Positions 19,572-30,064 of a stretch of DNA of 64,000 nt are shown here, one piece after another. Origin of the DNA: Microcoleus sp. (GTDB lineage Bacteria; Cyanobacteriota; Cyanobacteriia; Cyanobacteriales; Microcoleaceae); NCBI GenBank assembly GCA_052279835.1, contig CP181291.1, positions 4,832,001-4,896,000 on the forward strand, given 5' to 3'. Numbering within the stretch: position 1 is the stretch's first letter; each line of letters starts with the position of its first letter. The position numbers and the translations under genes are program-made. The notes below the pieces were generated by a model, which saw only the letters and a list, made by a program, of their open reading frames with translations, was not told where the DNA came from and searched no databases.

Positions 19572-20498
19572 TTACTCAATTTTAAATCCTGTAGAATTTG
19601 AATTTTCCCACCAGATTATAGCTTGCCTTAATCCCATTTCCAAATTTAATTTTGGCTGCCAACCCACCTCATTAGATAAGCGAGTCACATCCGCGACTAA
19701 CAAAGGTGCTTCTTTCGCAGCAGAGGGAATAGCACCTAACTGCACTAAATCCGATCGCCCAATTATATCTGCTATCTTATAAACAACATCTTTAATCGCG
19801 ATCGCCCTTCCCGATCCAATATTAACAGCACCCGTCACCTCACTCTCCAAAAGAGCCACAAAAGCATCAGCCACATCCTGTACGTACAAAAAATCCCGGA
19901 TTTGATTGCCGTGAGAGCAGCGAGCAGGCTCTCCCTTCAACAGAGAAAGAATCACCGAAGAAACCAGCCGATTTGGGTACTCGCCAGCACCGTAGGGAAA
20001 GAAAATACGTCCCCAAGCACTGCTGAGACTTGTCGTCTCGCAATAGCAACTCACCATCTCCTGCAAAGCATTTTTACAAATACCGTAAGGAGTATCTGGA
20101 TTTCTCGGCGTGATAAATTCTGAGCAATAACCGTACTTCCAATCATACTCCGCGCAGGTTCCACCCATGACAACCCGATCGCCCCCTTGCTCTCGAAATT
20201 GCCTCAACAATTCCAAACTAGCCTGCACCCACAAAAAATTATCCTCAGACTTCCAGTATTGTCCAGGCACAGTATAACACCAGGCAAAATGCAGCAAATG
20301 TGTAGGTTTTACTTGACAAATTAACTGCTTAATGGATGTAATATCTAATAAATTTGCCAGATGCCAAGTACAATCCGAATTGACAGCAGGCAAAGTCTTA
20401 GAAGCGACAGCATGAACCTCAAACCCCCGTTCGACTAGCGTAGGAAGTGAGTGTCTGCCCACAAAACCCCCTGCACCCGTAACCAGCACTTTTTTCAT
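19572..20498 (-). CDS. NAD-dependent epimerase/dehydratase (probable NDP-4-keto sugar reductase)
   Basis: VLVTGAGGFVG, YGICK (YxxxK), RDFLYVQDVA; start ATG 20498. Confidence 0.85.
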   Translation of the reverse strand: MKKVLVTGAGGFVGRHSLPTLVERGFEVHAVASKTLPAVNSDCTWHLANLLDITSIKQLICQVKPTHLLHFAWCYTVPGQYWKSEDNFLWVQASLELLRQFREQGGDRVVMGGTCAEYDWKYGYCSEFITPRNPDTPYGICKNALQEMVSCYCETTSLSSAWGRIFFPYGAGEYPNRLVSSVILSLLKGEPARCSHGNQIRDFLYVQDVADAFVALLESEVTGAVNIGSGRAIAIKDVVYKIADIIGRSDLVQLGAIPSAAKEAPLLVADVTRLSNEVGWQPKLNLEMGLRQAIIWWENSNSTGFKIE

Positions 20499-21028
20499 AG
20501 CACAAAATCCGTGAAACTTCGATCTTTTTCCGAAATCACGCGCTGAGATATCTCCGGCCAATCAATACTAAAACTCGGATCGTCCCACCGCACTCCCCTT
20601 GCTAATTCAGCATAATAAAATTCCGACATCTGGTAAAAAACTTCCGTATTATCTGCCAAAGTTTGACAGCCGTGAGCCATACCTTCAGGAATATATATCA
20701 TCTTGCGATTTTCCGAGTTTAGCTCTATTGCAAACCAGTCTTTAAAAGTAGGAGAATCGGGACGCAAATCTATAATTACATCATAAATTCCCCCTTTGAT
20801 ACATCTAACCAACTTCGCTTCCTCGTGAGGTGTAGCCTGGTAGTGCATCCCCCGCAAAGTACCTTTCTTCAGGTTAAAAGAAATATTGCACTGGACTAGG
20901 TTAGGATTCAAGCCAAACTCTGTAAACTCCTTTTGACACCAACTGCGGGCAAAAAATCCCCTCTCATCTGCTAAGGGCTCTACCTCAATAACATAAGCTC
21001 CCTTAAGCTTGGTTTCAGTAAATTTCAC
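20495..21028 (-). CDS. rfbC: dTDP-4-dehydrorhamnose 3,5-epimerase family
   Basis: DERGFF, GTLRGMHYQ, KLVRC..G, IPEGMAHG, GVRWDDP, ISEKD. Confidence 0.9.
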   Translation of the reverse strand: MKFTETKLKGAYVIEVEPLADERGFFARSWCQKEFTEFGLNPNLVQCNISFNLKKGTLRGMHYQATPHEEAKLVRCIKGGIYDVIIDLRPDSPTFKDWFAIELNSENRKMIYIPEGMAHGCQTLADNTEVFYQMSEFYYAELARGVRWDDPSFSIDWPEISQRVISEKDRSFTDFVL

Positions 21029-22254
21029 GAGATTACCTCCACGTGAGGAATCAGCACGACAAACTTACCTCCCCACTCGCGGATATAATCCATCTGACTT
21101 ACTATCTCATCCTTGATATTCCAAGGCAAGATAGCCAAATAATCCGGTTTAGTCTCCCGAATTTTGTCTGGATGATATATCGGAATTTGAGTTCCCGGCA
21201 AAAACAAACCCTGCTTGTGCGGGCTTAAATCCACCGTATAATCAATCAAATCCGTGCGGATACCGCAATAGTTCAGCAGCGTATTAGCCTTCGCCGGTGC
21301 TCCATAGCCCGCAATGGATTTGCCCTGATTTTTGGCATCAATTAGGAAACTGAGCATTTGACGTTTAGTAGACTTAACCTGTTGGCCAAATCCTACATAA
21401 ATTTCAAGTTGGTTGAGCCCTGCTTGAATTTCTTTTGCTTTTAATTCCGTGACTTTATCGCTAATTGTTCCATCGACCTGACTATGCCTCCCGTAAATCC
21501 GCAGAGAACCGCCGTGGGTAGGTATTTCCTCCACATCAAACAAAGTTAAACCGTGACGAGCAAAAACTTGCTCAACTGTCAACAGCGAAAAATAAGAAAA
21601 ATGCTCGTGGTAAATCGTGTCAAATAAGTTGTATTGAATTAGTTGCAATACATGAGGAAACTCCATTGTCAAGACGCCATTGGGTTTCAGGATAATTTTC
21701 ATCCCCGCCACAAAATCGTTCAAGTCAGGTACATGAGCCAACACATTATTGCCCAGCAACAAATCTGCCTGCTTCCCTTCTGAAACCAACTCTTTAGCCG
21801 TTGCTACACCAAAAAAATTGACTAAAGTTGGAATCCCTTTTTCCTGGGCCACCTTAGCTACATTTGCAGCAGGTTCAATCCCCAATACGGGAATTCCTTG
21901 TTGCTGAAAATACTGGAGTAAGTAGCCATCATTGCTAGCGAGTTCAATTACCTGACTGTTTTCGTCAAATCCAAATCTTTCCACCATCAACTCTGTGTAT
22001 TTCTGAGCGTGTCGCAACCAAGAGTCTGAATAAGAAGAAAAATAAGCATAGTCGCTGAAGATGCTATCCGGGGATTCAAACTCTTCTAACTGGACTAAAA
22101 AACAATTGCCGCAGACATAAGTATGCAGCGGATAAAATTTTTCTGCACAATTCAGATGTTCTTTAGCAACAAAAGCATTCGCCAGTGGCGACATCCCTAG
22201 ATTTACAAAAGTATGCTCTAATCGGTGACTACAAAAACGACATTTAGATGGCAC
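21025..22254 (-). CDS. NDP-hexose C-methyltransferase
   Basis: CRFC..., ELASNDGYLL, FDTIYHEH, THGGSLR, YGAPAK, WGGKF; probable GTG start 22254. Confidence 0.88.
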   Translation of the reverse strand: MPSKCRFCSHRLEHTFVNLGMSPLANAFVAKEHLNCAEKFYPLHTYVCGNCFLVQLEEFESPDSIFSDYAYFSSYSDSWLRHAQKYTELMVERFGFDENSQVIELASNDGYLLQYFQQQGIPVLGIEPAANVAKVAQEKGIPTLVNFFGVATAKELVSEGKQADLLLGNNVLAHVPDLNDFVAGMKIILKPNGVLTMEFPHVLQLIQYNLFDTIYHEHFSYFSLLTVEQVFARHGLTLFDVEEIPTHGGSLRIYGRHSQVDGTISDKVTELKAKEIQAGLNQLEIYVGFGQQVKSTKRQMLSFLIDAKNQGKSIAGYGAPAKANTLLNYCGIRTDLIDYTVDLSPHKQGLFLPGTQIPIYHPDKIRETKPDYLAILPWNIKDEIVSQMDYIREWGGKFVVLIPHVEVIS

Positions 22255-22300
22255 AGAATTAGCCCCCCTTTTTTGAATTTTTAGTTTTGAGTACCATCTA

Positions 22301-23299
22301 TCATGCGTTGATGACACAGGTATCTTCATTCATCAAAAAGTTTTCATACCACTCTATTGTTTCTTTCAAGCCTTCTTCGAGAGGATATTGAGATTCCCAA
22401 CCGAGCATTTTTCGCGCCTTATCTGCTGATAGATACTGATGTTTGATTTCATTTTTTGCCCGATTCAATACCACTGGCTCTAAATGAGTTTTACCCATCA
22501 ATTTCAAAACTATATCTACCATGCCCCGCACAGAAATTTGCAGTTCATTGCTGAAATTAAATGCCTCTCCCAAAATTTCTTTTCTGTCCATTTGCTCAGC
22601 CAAATGGAGATAAGCTAAAACTCCATCCTTCGCATAGAAATAGTCCCGAATAAAAGTACCATCGCTGCGGATGACTACCGGCTTGTCTCGCAATGCGGAT
22701 CGAATTGTAGATGGAACAATGCGATTAAAGTTCAAGTCTCCGCCCCCGTAAAAGTTACCGCAGCGCGTAATGCACACGGGCAAACCATAACTGACGTAAT
22801 AAGCCCGACTGATTAAATCTGCACAGCTTTTAGAAACATCATAAGGATGTTCTCCTTGCAGCGAAGTAGTTTCGCTATAAGGCAGCACTAGCTGGTCTCC
22901 ATAGGCTTTATCGCTGGATGCTATGACAATTCGACTCACGCCACCTACGCGACGACAAGCTTCTAAAATATTCCAAGTACCTTTAATATTTGTTTCAAAA
23001 GTTGCCAGTGGTTCTCTATTTGCAACTCCCACAATTGTCTGAGCTGCTAAGTGAAAAACTGTATCTATTTCATACTCATTAATCGAGCGTTCTACCGTTG
23101 GCAAATCTTCGACACAACCGCGAACGATATTAATTTGCCGATACCACTCTCCAGCATAAAGTCGGGATTGTGGCACCAAGTCACGGACTAATCCCGTTAC
23201 CAAAGCCCCTCTTTCCAGCAACTCAGCCACTAACCAGTTACCCAAAAGGCCGGTGCAACCTGTTACCAATACCGATCGATCGCGCCAAAATTCACTCAT
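22301..23299 (-). CDS. CDP-glucose 4,6-dehydratase-like SDR (RfbG-like)
   Basis: [34 protein letters not shown]; follows rfbF with ATGA overlap. Confidence 0.8.
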   Translation of the reverse strand: MSEFWRDRSVLVTGCTGLLGNWLVAELLERGALVTGLVRDLVPQSRLYAGEWYRQINIVRGCVEDLPTVERSINEYEIDTVFHLAAQTIVGVANREPLATFETNIKGTWNILEACRRVGGVSRIVIASSDKAYGDQLVLPYSETTSLQGEHPYDVSKSCADLISRAYYVSYGLPVCITRCGNFYGGGDLNFNRIVPSTIRSALRDKPVVIRSDGTFIRDYFYAKDGVLAYLHLAEQMDRKEILGEAFNFSNELQISVRGMVDIVLKLMGKTHLEPVVLNRAKNEIKHQYLSADKARKMLGWESQYPLEEGLKETIEWYENFLMNEDTCVINA

Positions 23300-24072
23300 T
23301 CCCACACCTTCCAAGGAGCCTCTCCATTGTCCCACAGTTCATTCAAATACTTATACTCGCGGTAAGTATCCATCGCAAAAAAGAAACCCTCGTGGCGGTA
23401 AGCCATCAATTGTCCCTCCGCCGCTAACTTCTCTAGTGGCTCTCGTTCTAGAAAACAATCATCCCCGCTCAAAGCCTCAAATATGCTCCGGTGAAGTACC
23501 AAAAATCCAGCACTAGCCCAACCATCTATTTGAGGTTTTTCTGTAAATTCCAGAACTTTCCCTTGGTTGTCCACATCTAAAATACCATATCTCGATATCG
23601 GGCGAACTGTACTAACAGTTGCCAGCTTACCATGAGACTTATGAAAATCTACCAAAGCTCCAATATCGATATCAGCAACTCCATCACCGTAAGTCACCAT
23701 AAAGGTATCCTCAGTAATGTATTTCTCCACCCGTTTCACCCGTCCCCCAGTCATGCTATCTGGTCCGGTTTCCGCCAGTGTCACCTGAAAATCTTGCTCG
23801 CGGTGTTCCTCGTGATAAGTAATCTGATTTTGGCGACCAAGACAAATAGTAAAATCATTATTCATAGCTTCATAATTCAGGAAATACTCCTTAATCATGT
23901 TGCCTTTGTAGCCCAAACACACAATAAAATCCAGGAATCCGTAGTGGGCATAGGTCTTCATAATGTGCCAAAGAATCGGTCGGCCGCCCACATCAACTAA
24001 GGGCTTAGGACGAAATTCTGTTTCTTCTCGGAGACGTGTCCCCAAACCGCCTGCTAATATAACTACTTGCAT
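23296..24072 (-). CDS. rfbF: Glucose-1-phosphate cytidylyltransferase
   Basis: [50 protein letters not shown]. Confidence 0.93.
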   Translation of the reverse strand: MQVVILAGGLGTRLREETEFRPKPLVDVGGRPILWHIMKTYAHYGFLDFIVCLGYKGNMIKEYFLNYEAMNNDFTICLGRQNQITYHEEHREQDFQVTLAETGPDSMTGGRVKRVEKYITEDTFMVTYGDGVADIDIGALVDFHKSHGKLATVSTVRPISRYGILDVDNQGKVLEFTEKPQIDGWASAGFLVLHRSIFEALSGDDCFLEREPLEKLAAEGQLMAYRHEGFFFAMDTYREYKYLNELWDNGEAPWKVWE

Positions 24073-24102
24073 TGTTTCACAGTTTTAAACGTCATCAACT
24101 CT

Positions 24103-24345
24103 CTAGTTACAACAGTGGAATCCTGGGAACCTAACTGGTTCAACAAATTCGCTTTCATATATACGATCGATGACATAACTTAAATTAGGTATATCAGCCG
24201 GAATCCCGTCCTTCATCTTGTCATAATCCCGATCGCAACTAATCACACCTTGGTTAGTATAAGCGATCCACTGACCCCGATATTTCTTCAACTCTCGGCG
24301 ATTCGCCTTATACCACTCCTTAGCTGTCGCATATTCCGCCTCCAT
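24103..24345 (-). pseudogene. Truncated copy of the DUF5678/aspartyl-protease gene (N-terminal domain only)
   Basis: MEAEYATAKEWYKANRRELKKYRGQWIAY...EFVEPVRF aligns with 12309 protein, then diverges and stops before the protease domain. Confidence 0.75.
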
Positions 24346-24567
24346 ATTTTCACCCCATATTGTCTCAAACTCCTCGACGATCGCCCGAAACCCCACCCAG
24401 CCGAATTGCTAAAACCCCCATTCGCCCTAGGACAACGCACTTCGAGAATGATTTCCCAAAAGGCTACCACAATTTGGAGTAAGTTTTGCCCGATCGCCCC
24501 CAAGGAACTCAAGCCATCACCACCCACGAACATACCAGACCGCAGCCCCTCTCAGGATGTTCCCACA
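24340..24567. repeat. ~228-bp direct repeat, copy A
   Basis: Aligns end to end with 55229-55457 (ctccatattttcacccc...ctcaggatgttcccaca). Confidence 0.9.
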
Positions 24568-24602
24568 GAACCGGTATCAACAGACTCCCGATGTATCGCG
24601 CA

Positions 24603-26756
24603 TCAAGAGCCTGTTTGCCTCAGTCCCAAATTATAATACTTTTGCAAGAAAGAGCGTCCCATCCGGCTATTGAAAGCACTCGGCCCATAAGGTGTTGGCA
24701 GAGAGTTGAACTGCTGTTGTAAAATTTCGTCTTCTTCTGTGTACTGAAATTTTCCTTCTAGTCGATCGAGCATTTCCAGTACCAAGTCATTAATCTCCTC
24801 TGGCGTATTATCCACCACTTTAATGCCCCAGGAGTAAAGAAGTTTGCTGTTGAGGTTGAAAAAGAAGCGAGGCGCTAGTGCTTCTTCAAAGGTGAGATAG
24901 CGATTTTCAACTTCAGACCAAGCTAGTTTGGGGATGAATAGATCGTGACTTTGCACTGAACGTGCTGAAATTGGCCACATATTTGTTAGAGCACAGGGAG
25001 TTCCAAAAAGACATGGAATACAATTTAATCCTGAATTAGTTCCGAGAAAAAATCGGCAAGAAGTACCCAGAAAAACATCCATCCAATCGCTTTTTGCCTT
25101 AGTGTGAGCATAGTCAATGACGTGTGACATAGATGGTAAGGGTTTCATACTTGGATCTCCCATGCGGATGATCCAGCCACCACGGGCTACAATCAATTTT
25201 ACCGCTAATAAGTAAGTATTAATATCAGCACTCCGGTGTGTAATCAGTCCTTCTGCTCGAAAGCCATCTTCTCGAACGTGGAGACACACAAACCAGGCAT
25301 TTTTAGGCACTCCGAGGTCTTGCAAGCAGTTCCAGCCTTGTTCATAATCTGATGGTGATAGGGTGAGCAGCGGCGGGTTTCCCTCTCTTTCCCACTGTTT
25401 CTGAACTGCTGAGAAGGCGTAACCGACATCTACTATCTGTCCTTGGGCAATTTTTACGTGGAAAAGGGTATATTCCAAGCAGCGCATAGTCTTTGCTAAT
25501 GGCAGCAAGCGCTCAATCAGAGAAGCGTCGGTGATAATGTGGAGATAGCGCCGCCAGTAGTTGAGCAAACAGGGATTGATAACTTGTTCGGGAGGTGCTA
25601 AAAGAATTGTGTGGTATGGAGGTCGCCAGCCGAGAATACCCATCTTAATATAAATATCTATATTGAGAGCTAGGTGGCCGATCGCACCTAACCAGGGCCA
25701 GCTTGTGAAATATTCCGGCGTTATGAAGCGGATACCCAAATTGCCGAGGGGATGCTTTTCAAGCTGGGAGTTATATATGTCGATCGCACTTTCTGTAGAG
25801 TTGATTGATTCGTGTAATTTGCCAACATCGTAAAAATTCCAGCTCATTTTCATGTGAGCTTCTGTTAGTTTGAGGTATGCTGATGTCCAATTCGGTTTTA
25901 TGGCGATCGCTCTTTCGTAAATCTCAATTGCTTCTTCTAGCTTGCCTTGCTGTATTTGTAAATTTCCGAGGTTGAAAAGTGCCTCTTGCTCTAAAGATGG
26001 TGTGTTTTGTTTTTGCTTGCCCTCATCTATTTCAGCTTGTTCTATCAGTAAGTTGACAAGGTTGATATGTGCTTCTTCTAAGTCAAAGTTGAGGGCGATC
26101 GCTTTTTTATAGCTTTCAATTGCCTCTATTAGCCTGTTTTGCTGTGTTAAGAGTTTCCCCGATCGGCAGTGAAGTTCAGCACTTTCTGGAGTCTGGTTAA
26201 TGGCTTTGCGGGTTTTGGTGATCGCAAATTTAAGCTGCCGTTGTTTGGTCAGGGTTTCTGCTAAATTGCCGTAGTCATAGTTAACTGATGGATTGAGCTT
26301 AATAGCCTGAGTGTAAAAATTTTCGGCTTCATCCCACCGCTGCTGTTTGACCAAGGACTCCGCAGCTTGACAGTAGAAGGTGGCGGCTTCGGGGCGACGA
26401 CCCTGTTTGCAGAAGACTTCCCCTAAATTAAGGTAAAATCTATAAAAATCCGGGGAAATCTCAATAGCGTGAAGATAGGAGGCGATCGCATCATCCCACC
26501 GGCACAGTTTTGCCAAAGCTTCCCCTAAATTGTAATAAGACCAAACTGAATTAGGGTTTAGTTGAATAGCGCGATCGTAGGAAGTAACTGCTTCCTCCCA
26601 GCGATCGAGTTTAGCTAATGTTTCCCCCAAATTGTGGTGAGACAAGTAAAAGTTGGGGTTTTGCTCGATCGCTTGGCGGTAAGAGGCGATCGCCTCCTCT
26701 AATTTCCCTTCCTGTTTAAGTTTGTTGGCTGCCTGAAAATAGCTTGCTGTCATCAC
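24603..26756 (-). CDS. TPR protein with C-terminal TIGR04372-like putative glycosyltransferase
   Basis: N-terminal TPRs; IGHLA, WFVCLHVREDG, GGWIIRMGD, IDYAH..KSDWMD.FL, FFLGTNSG, DNTPEEI. Confidence 0.85.
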   Translation of the reverse strand: MMTASYFQAANKLKQEGKLEEAIASYRQAIEQNPNFYLSHHNLGETLAKLDRWEEAVTSYDRAIQLNPNSVWSYYNLGEALAKLCRWDDAIASYLHAIEISPDFYRFYLNLGEVFCKQGRRPEAATFYCQAAESLVKQQRWDEAENFYTQAIKLNPSVNYDYGNLAETLTKQRQLKFAITKTRKAINQTPESAELHCRSGKLLTQQNRLIEAIESYKKAIALNFDLEEAHINLVNLLIEQAEIDEGKQKQNTPSLEQEALFNLGNLQIQQGKLEEAIEIYERAIAIKPNWTSAYLKLTEAHMKMSWNFYDVGKLHESINSTESAIDIYNSQLEKHPLGNLGIRFITPEYFTSWPWLGAIGHLALNIDIYIKMGILGWRPPYHTILLAPPEQVINPCLLNYWRRYLHIITDASLIERLLPLAKTMRCLEYTLFHVKIAQGQIVDVGYAFSAVQKQWEREGNPPLLTLSPSDYEQGWNCLQDLGVPKNAWFVCLHVREDGFRAEGLITHRSADINTYLLAVKLIVARGGWIIRMGDPSMKPLPSMSHVIDYAHTKAKSDWMDVFLGTSCRFFLGTNSGLNCIPCLFGTPCALTNMWPISARSVQSHDLFIPKLAWSEVENRYLTFEEALAPRFFFNLNSKLLYSWGIKVVDNTPEEINDLVLEMLDRLEGKFQYTEEDEILQQQFNSLPTPYGPSAFNSRMGRSFLQKYYNLGLRQTGS

Positions 26757-27375
26757 TTACCGAACTATCAATTTCTGTTGCTGGTAACGAACCTTTCATC
26801 AACCCATCTAGAATACAATGACAGATGCACAAATGGGTAATTTCTGCAAATCCATAGGCCATTGTGGGGACAAAAAAGTTAATGTCTCCCAGTTTGCGCA
26901 GGGGATTATCTGGCTTAAAAGCTGAAAGGGTGATGACATAGCAGCCCATTTGAGCTGCTTGACGAGCACCTGCTAGGATATTAGCCGACTTTCCAGAACT
27001 GCTAATGGCAAATACGATATCTCCCGATTGGGCAAAGGTGGCAATGGGTTTGCTGAAAACTTGTTCGTAGCCGAAGTCGTTGCTGATGCAAGTCAGGAGA
27101 GCACCGTCATTAAAGGCGATCGCCGGAAAGCCTCCATTTCGCCAGTAATCGATCGCCTGGTGACTAGCTACGGCTGCACTTCCACCATTGCCAATAAAAA
27201 TTACTTTTTTTTGCTGTTGGCTTTGTTGAGATACCAAAGCTGCCGCCTGACTAATTGCTTCGGAAAAGGAAATAGGCTGAGATTTTTTGTCAGTCGCTTC
27301 AAAGTTTTCGCTTAAATTTGCAAGTTGGCGGAAGTAATCGGTGGCAAAGGGGAGTTGTGAGGGAAAGGTTTGCAT
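26716..27375 (-). CDS. gmhA: SIS-domain phosphoheptose isomerase (GmhA-like)
   Basis: IGNGGSAA.ASH, TCISNDFGYEQVF, GD..FAISSSGKSANI. Confidence 0.75.
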   Translation of the reverse strand: MQTFPSQLPFATDYFRQLANLSENFEATDKKSQPISFSEAISQAAALVSQQSQQQKKVIFIGNGGSAAVASHQAIDYWRNGGFPAIAFNDGALLTCISNDFGYEQVFSKPIATFAQSGDIVFAISSSGKSANILAGARQAAQMGCYVITLSAFKPDNPLRKLGDINFFVPTMAYGFAEITHLCICHCILDGLMKGSLPATEIDSSVSDDSKLFSGSQQT

Positions 27376-27399
27376 TTAATTTTTCAGCTTTGGTATTAG

Positions 27400-27885
27400 T
27401 TAATGAGTTATGCCCCAAGTTAAATTTTTAGTGCTGAATTCTTGCCAAGCTGCGGTTAGTTCATCAGAGGCGATCGCCTCGACAACTTGTGGCAGCATCC
27501 GCGGAATTTTAGGCACTAACAGCACTTGAGTCAATTCCTCAAATGTAAATAGTTGGAAGGCTTGCCCCTCCGTTAAGGTTAATTGGCTAGTCGGTATTGT
27601 TAACGGAATACCAAAAATATAGGTGGTGCAAGGTCGATCGGGTGCTTCCCAAGTCAGCAGGTATTTGGGTTCGGGCGGTATCCAGCAAAGTTCTTCTTCG
27701 ATTTCTCGCTTCATAGCTTGGGCTGGAGTTTCTCCTTCATCAACTGTACCACCGAACAGTCCCCAATGATTCGGGGCTATAATCTCAGGTATGTTGTCTC
27801 GCAGTTGCAGTAACAGGCGATCGCCCTGATAAATAAATGCTTTTGCAACTTGCAGATTAACTCGATCGGCGGTGTTTTGAACCAT
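27400..27885 (-). CDS. NUDIX hydrolase
   Basis: LLQLRD, WGLFGGTVDEGETPAQAMKREIEEEL Nudix box. Confidence 0.88.
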   Translation of the reverse strand: MVQNTADRVNLQVAKAFIYQGDRLLLQLRDNIPEIIAPNHWGLFGGTVDEGETPAQAMKREIEEELCWIPPEPKYLLTWEAPDRPCTTYIFGIPLTIPTSQLTLTEGQAFQLFTFEELTQVLLVPKIPRMLPQVVEAIASDELTAAWQEFSTKNLTWGITH

Positions 27886-27889
27886 AAGT

Positions 27890-28885
27890 TTAGGTTTTTC
27901 CCAAATAGTCAAACCATGCTTTTGTGGCTTCCTGAATTGAATCAGGCGTCCAGACTGGTGCTTCTCGCCACAGGTTGATGTTTGCCAACATCTGGGCTAC
28001 TCCTTCTGGGAAAGGAACTTTTGGTTCCCATCCCAAGAGAGTTTTAGCTTTGGTGATGTCTCCCCAAGTGCAGTCTGGCTCTCCGGGACGTTTGGGGATG
28101 TGGACGATAGGGCCTCCCAATAGTTCCACGAGGGTGAGGACACTTTGAGGATTGCCGGAGCCAATGTTGATAATTTCGCCCGTTACATCCGACGCTGCTG
28201 CGGTGACAAAGGCTTCTACGACATCGCTGACAAAGGTGAAGTCTCTGGTTTGGGTGCCGTCTCCCACGAGGGTGAAGGGTTTTCCTGCTAATTTTTGAGC
28301 TAAAAACACGCCGAAGACGGCGCCGTAGGCTCCTGTAGTCCGCGATCGCGGCCCATAGACGTTAAACAGTCGCAGGGAAAGGGCCGGGAGTTTGTAAACT
28401 TTGGCCCAGTGCATGACCATTTGCTCGCCTAAATACTTAGTTAAGCCATAGGGGTGTTCGGGAACACAGGGATAGGTTTCGGGTGTGGGATATTGGTCTG
28501 GGATGCCGTAGCAGGTGGAGGATGCGGTGTAGACGAAGCGCTGGATTTGAGCGTGGCGGCAAGCATCTAGCAGGCTAAAAGTGCCTTGAACGTTGGAGTG
28601 GTAGTATTGGCTGGGATTTTCGATCGACGGTACCAAGTCGGCGAGCCCTGCTAGGTGAAATACCCAGTCAATTCCTTCTAGGGTAGCGGGGGTGATGCTG
28701 GCTGCGTCTTGCTCGATAAACGTAAATGTGTTGTGGGTTTTGGCTTGTTCTAGGTTGGCGAGGCGACCTACAATCAGGCTATCTAGACCTGTGACGGTGT
28801 GGCCGAGGGAAAGCAGGCGATCGCACAAGTGGCTGCCGATGAAGCCGGCGGCCCCTGTTACTAAGCAGTGTTTAGAATTAGTCAA
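27890..28885 (-). CDS. NAD-dependent epimerase/dehydratase
   Basis: LVTGAAGFIGSH, VFHLAG, YGLTK, RLFNVYGPR, GTQTRDF. Confidence 0.9.
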   Translation of the reverse strand: MTNSKHCLVTGAAGFIGSHLCDRLLSLGHTVTGLDSLIVGRLANLEQAKTHNTFTFIEQDAASITPATLEGIDWVFHLAGLADLVPSIENPSQYYHSNVQGTFSLLDACRHAQIQRFVYTASSTCYGIPDQYPTPETYPCVPEHPYGLTKYLGEQMVMHWAKVYKLPALSLRLFNVYGPRSRTTGAYGAVFGVFLAQKLAGKPFTLVGDGTQTRDFTFVSDVVEAFVTAAASDVTGEIINIGSGNPQSVLTLVELLGGPIVHIPKRPGEPDCTWGDITKAKTLLGWEPKVPFPEGVAQMLANINLWREAPVWTPDSIQEATKAWFDYLGKT

Positions 28886-30039
28886 TGGCTATCTCCTTTC
28901 AAGTAAGGTTGACTCAAAATAAAATTGCTAGATTGAGAAGTAAAATATTCCTTTTGCATTTTTTTGCTGATATTCTTACCCGTATCATGAGTAAAAGGCA
29001 TTAAAATGTCAATCCCCGGTGGCATATCTTGAGGTTTAACAATGGGAATGCAGCCAATGTTTTTGCCCTCCCTTTGGCTGTCTTCATCAATGAAACAACT
29101 TGGCGGATTTGACAGTTGACTTGATACCCAAATTCCTGATATTCCAGTACCAAAAATAGCATACTTCCGATTCTGGGTTGCTCTTTCAAACTCTTCTACT
29201 GTTTGTTTGAGCCAGTAAAAGTAGCCATCGGGTGTAAAACTTGAATCTGGCAAGGATTGTTTGGGGAGGGAGCCATCATCGCGCTTCAGTAGTAGAGTCA
29301 AGCAATTGTGTACCCAATCATAGCCATCTAATTCTATCTGATAGCCCGTTTCCTGACAAAGCTTGATTAAGGCAGAATTAGTAAAATGTGACCAATGATC
29401 GATCACAGCAAAATCAAAGGGAGTGCGATGAATATCTGGAACTTGTATGAGTAAAAAGCCCTCTTCAGTCAGGTACTTCCTTAACAGTTTGAGAAATTGA
29501 GCAGGTTCTGGGATATGCTCCAAACAATGCCACAAAACAATTAGGTTAAATTTTTCTCGTGGAACATTCTCCAAGGTTTCCGAAAAAAAATCAACTACTC
29601 CAGGAATTGCTAAAATTTCTTCTTTTGATTTGTCTCCCAAGTCAAAGGCAAATAACTGCCATTTATCCAAAAGTTGACTAGCGGACTTCAAAATAGCGCC
29701 ATTCCCGGTACCGATATCGAGTAGGTTTCCCGATTTTGGCAACAACGAAATACATTGGTCTATCGCATGATAACTTCGGGCGCGCGGTGGGCTATCTTTG
29801 GGGAAAACAAGTTGTTCTTTTCCGCTTGAAACTTTGTAGGTTTCATAATTTTGATAAAGAGAGTTAATGAATGAAAGTTCTCTCTCTGTATGAGCTTTTT
29901 GCAGGTGGTGGCAGTTTTGACAGTAATAGATTTTGGCTGGTAGAGAACACAAGTCTGGTTCCGATGTTACCGAAGCTGGCTTAAGACCAATATCTCCCAA
30001 TTCTGTTACCCGATCGGACCTGCAAAGATTGCACTTCAT
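28882..30039 (-). CDS. Class I SAM-dependent methyltransferase with N-terminal Cys cluster
   Basis: CNLC...CQNC, LLDIGTGNG, HCLEH, AIFGTG. Confidence 0.8.
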   Translation of the reverse strand: MKCNLCRSDRVTELGDIGLKPASVTSEPDLCSLPAKIYYCQNCHHLQKAHTERELSFINSLYQNYETYKVSSGKEQLVFPKDSPPRARSYHAIDQCISLLPKSGNLLDIGTGNGAILKSASQLLDKWQLFAFDLGDKSKEEILAIPGVVDFFSETLENVPREKFNLIVLWHCLEHIPEPAQFLKLLRKYLTEEGFLLIQVPDIHRTPFDFAVIDHWSHFTNSALIKLCQETGYQIELDGYDWVHNCLTLLLKRDDGSLPKQSLPDSSFTPDGYFYWLKQTVEEFERATQNRKYAIFGTGISGIWVSSQLSNPPSCFIDEDSQREGKNIGCIPIVKPQDMPPGIDILMPFTHDTGKNISKKMQKEYFTSQSSNFILSQPYLKGDSH

Positions 30040-30064
30040 AAACTTAGCTCTCTACTTCAGTTGT

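Noticed and set aside
24250..24722. Small ORFs overlapping repeat A (128, 81 and 78 aa)
   Set aside because: Frames are not preserved in repeat B or in the 12330-12515 copy; better explained as TPR relic DNA
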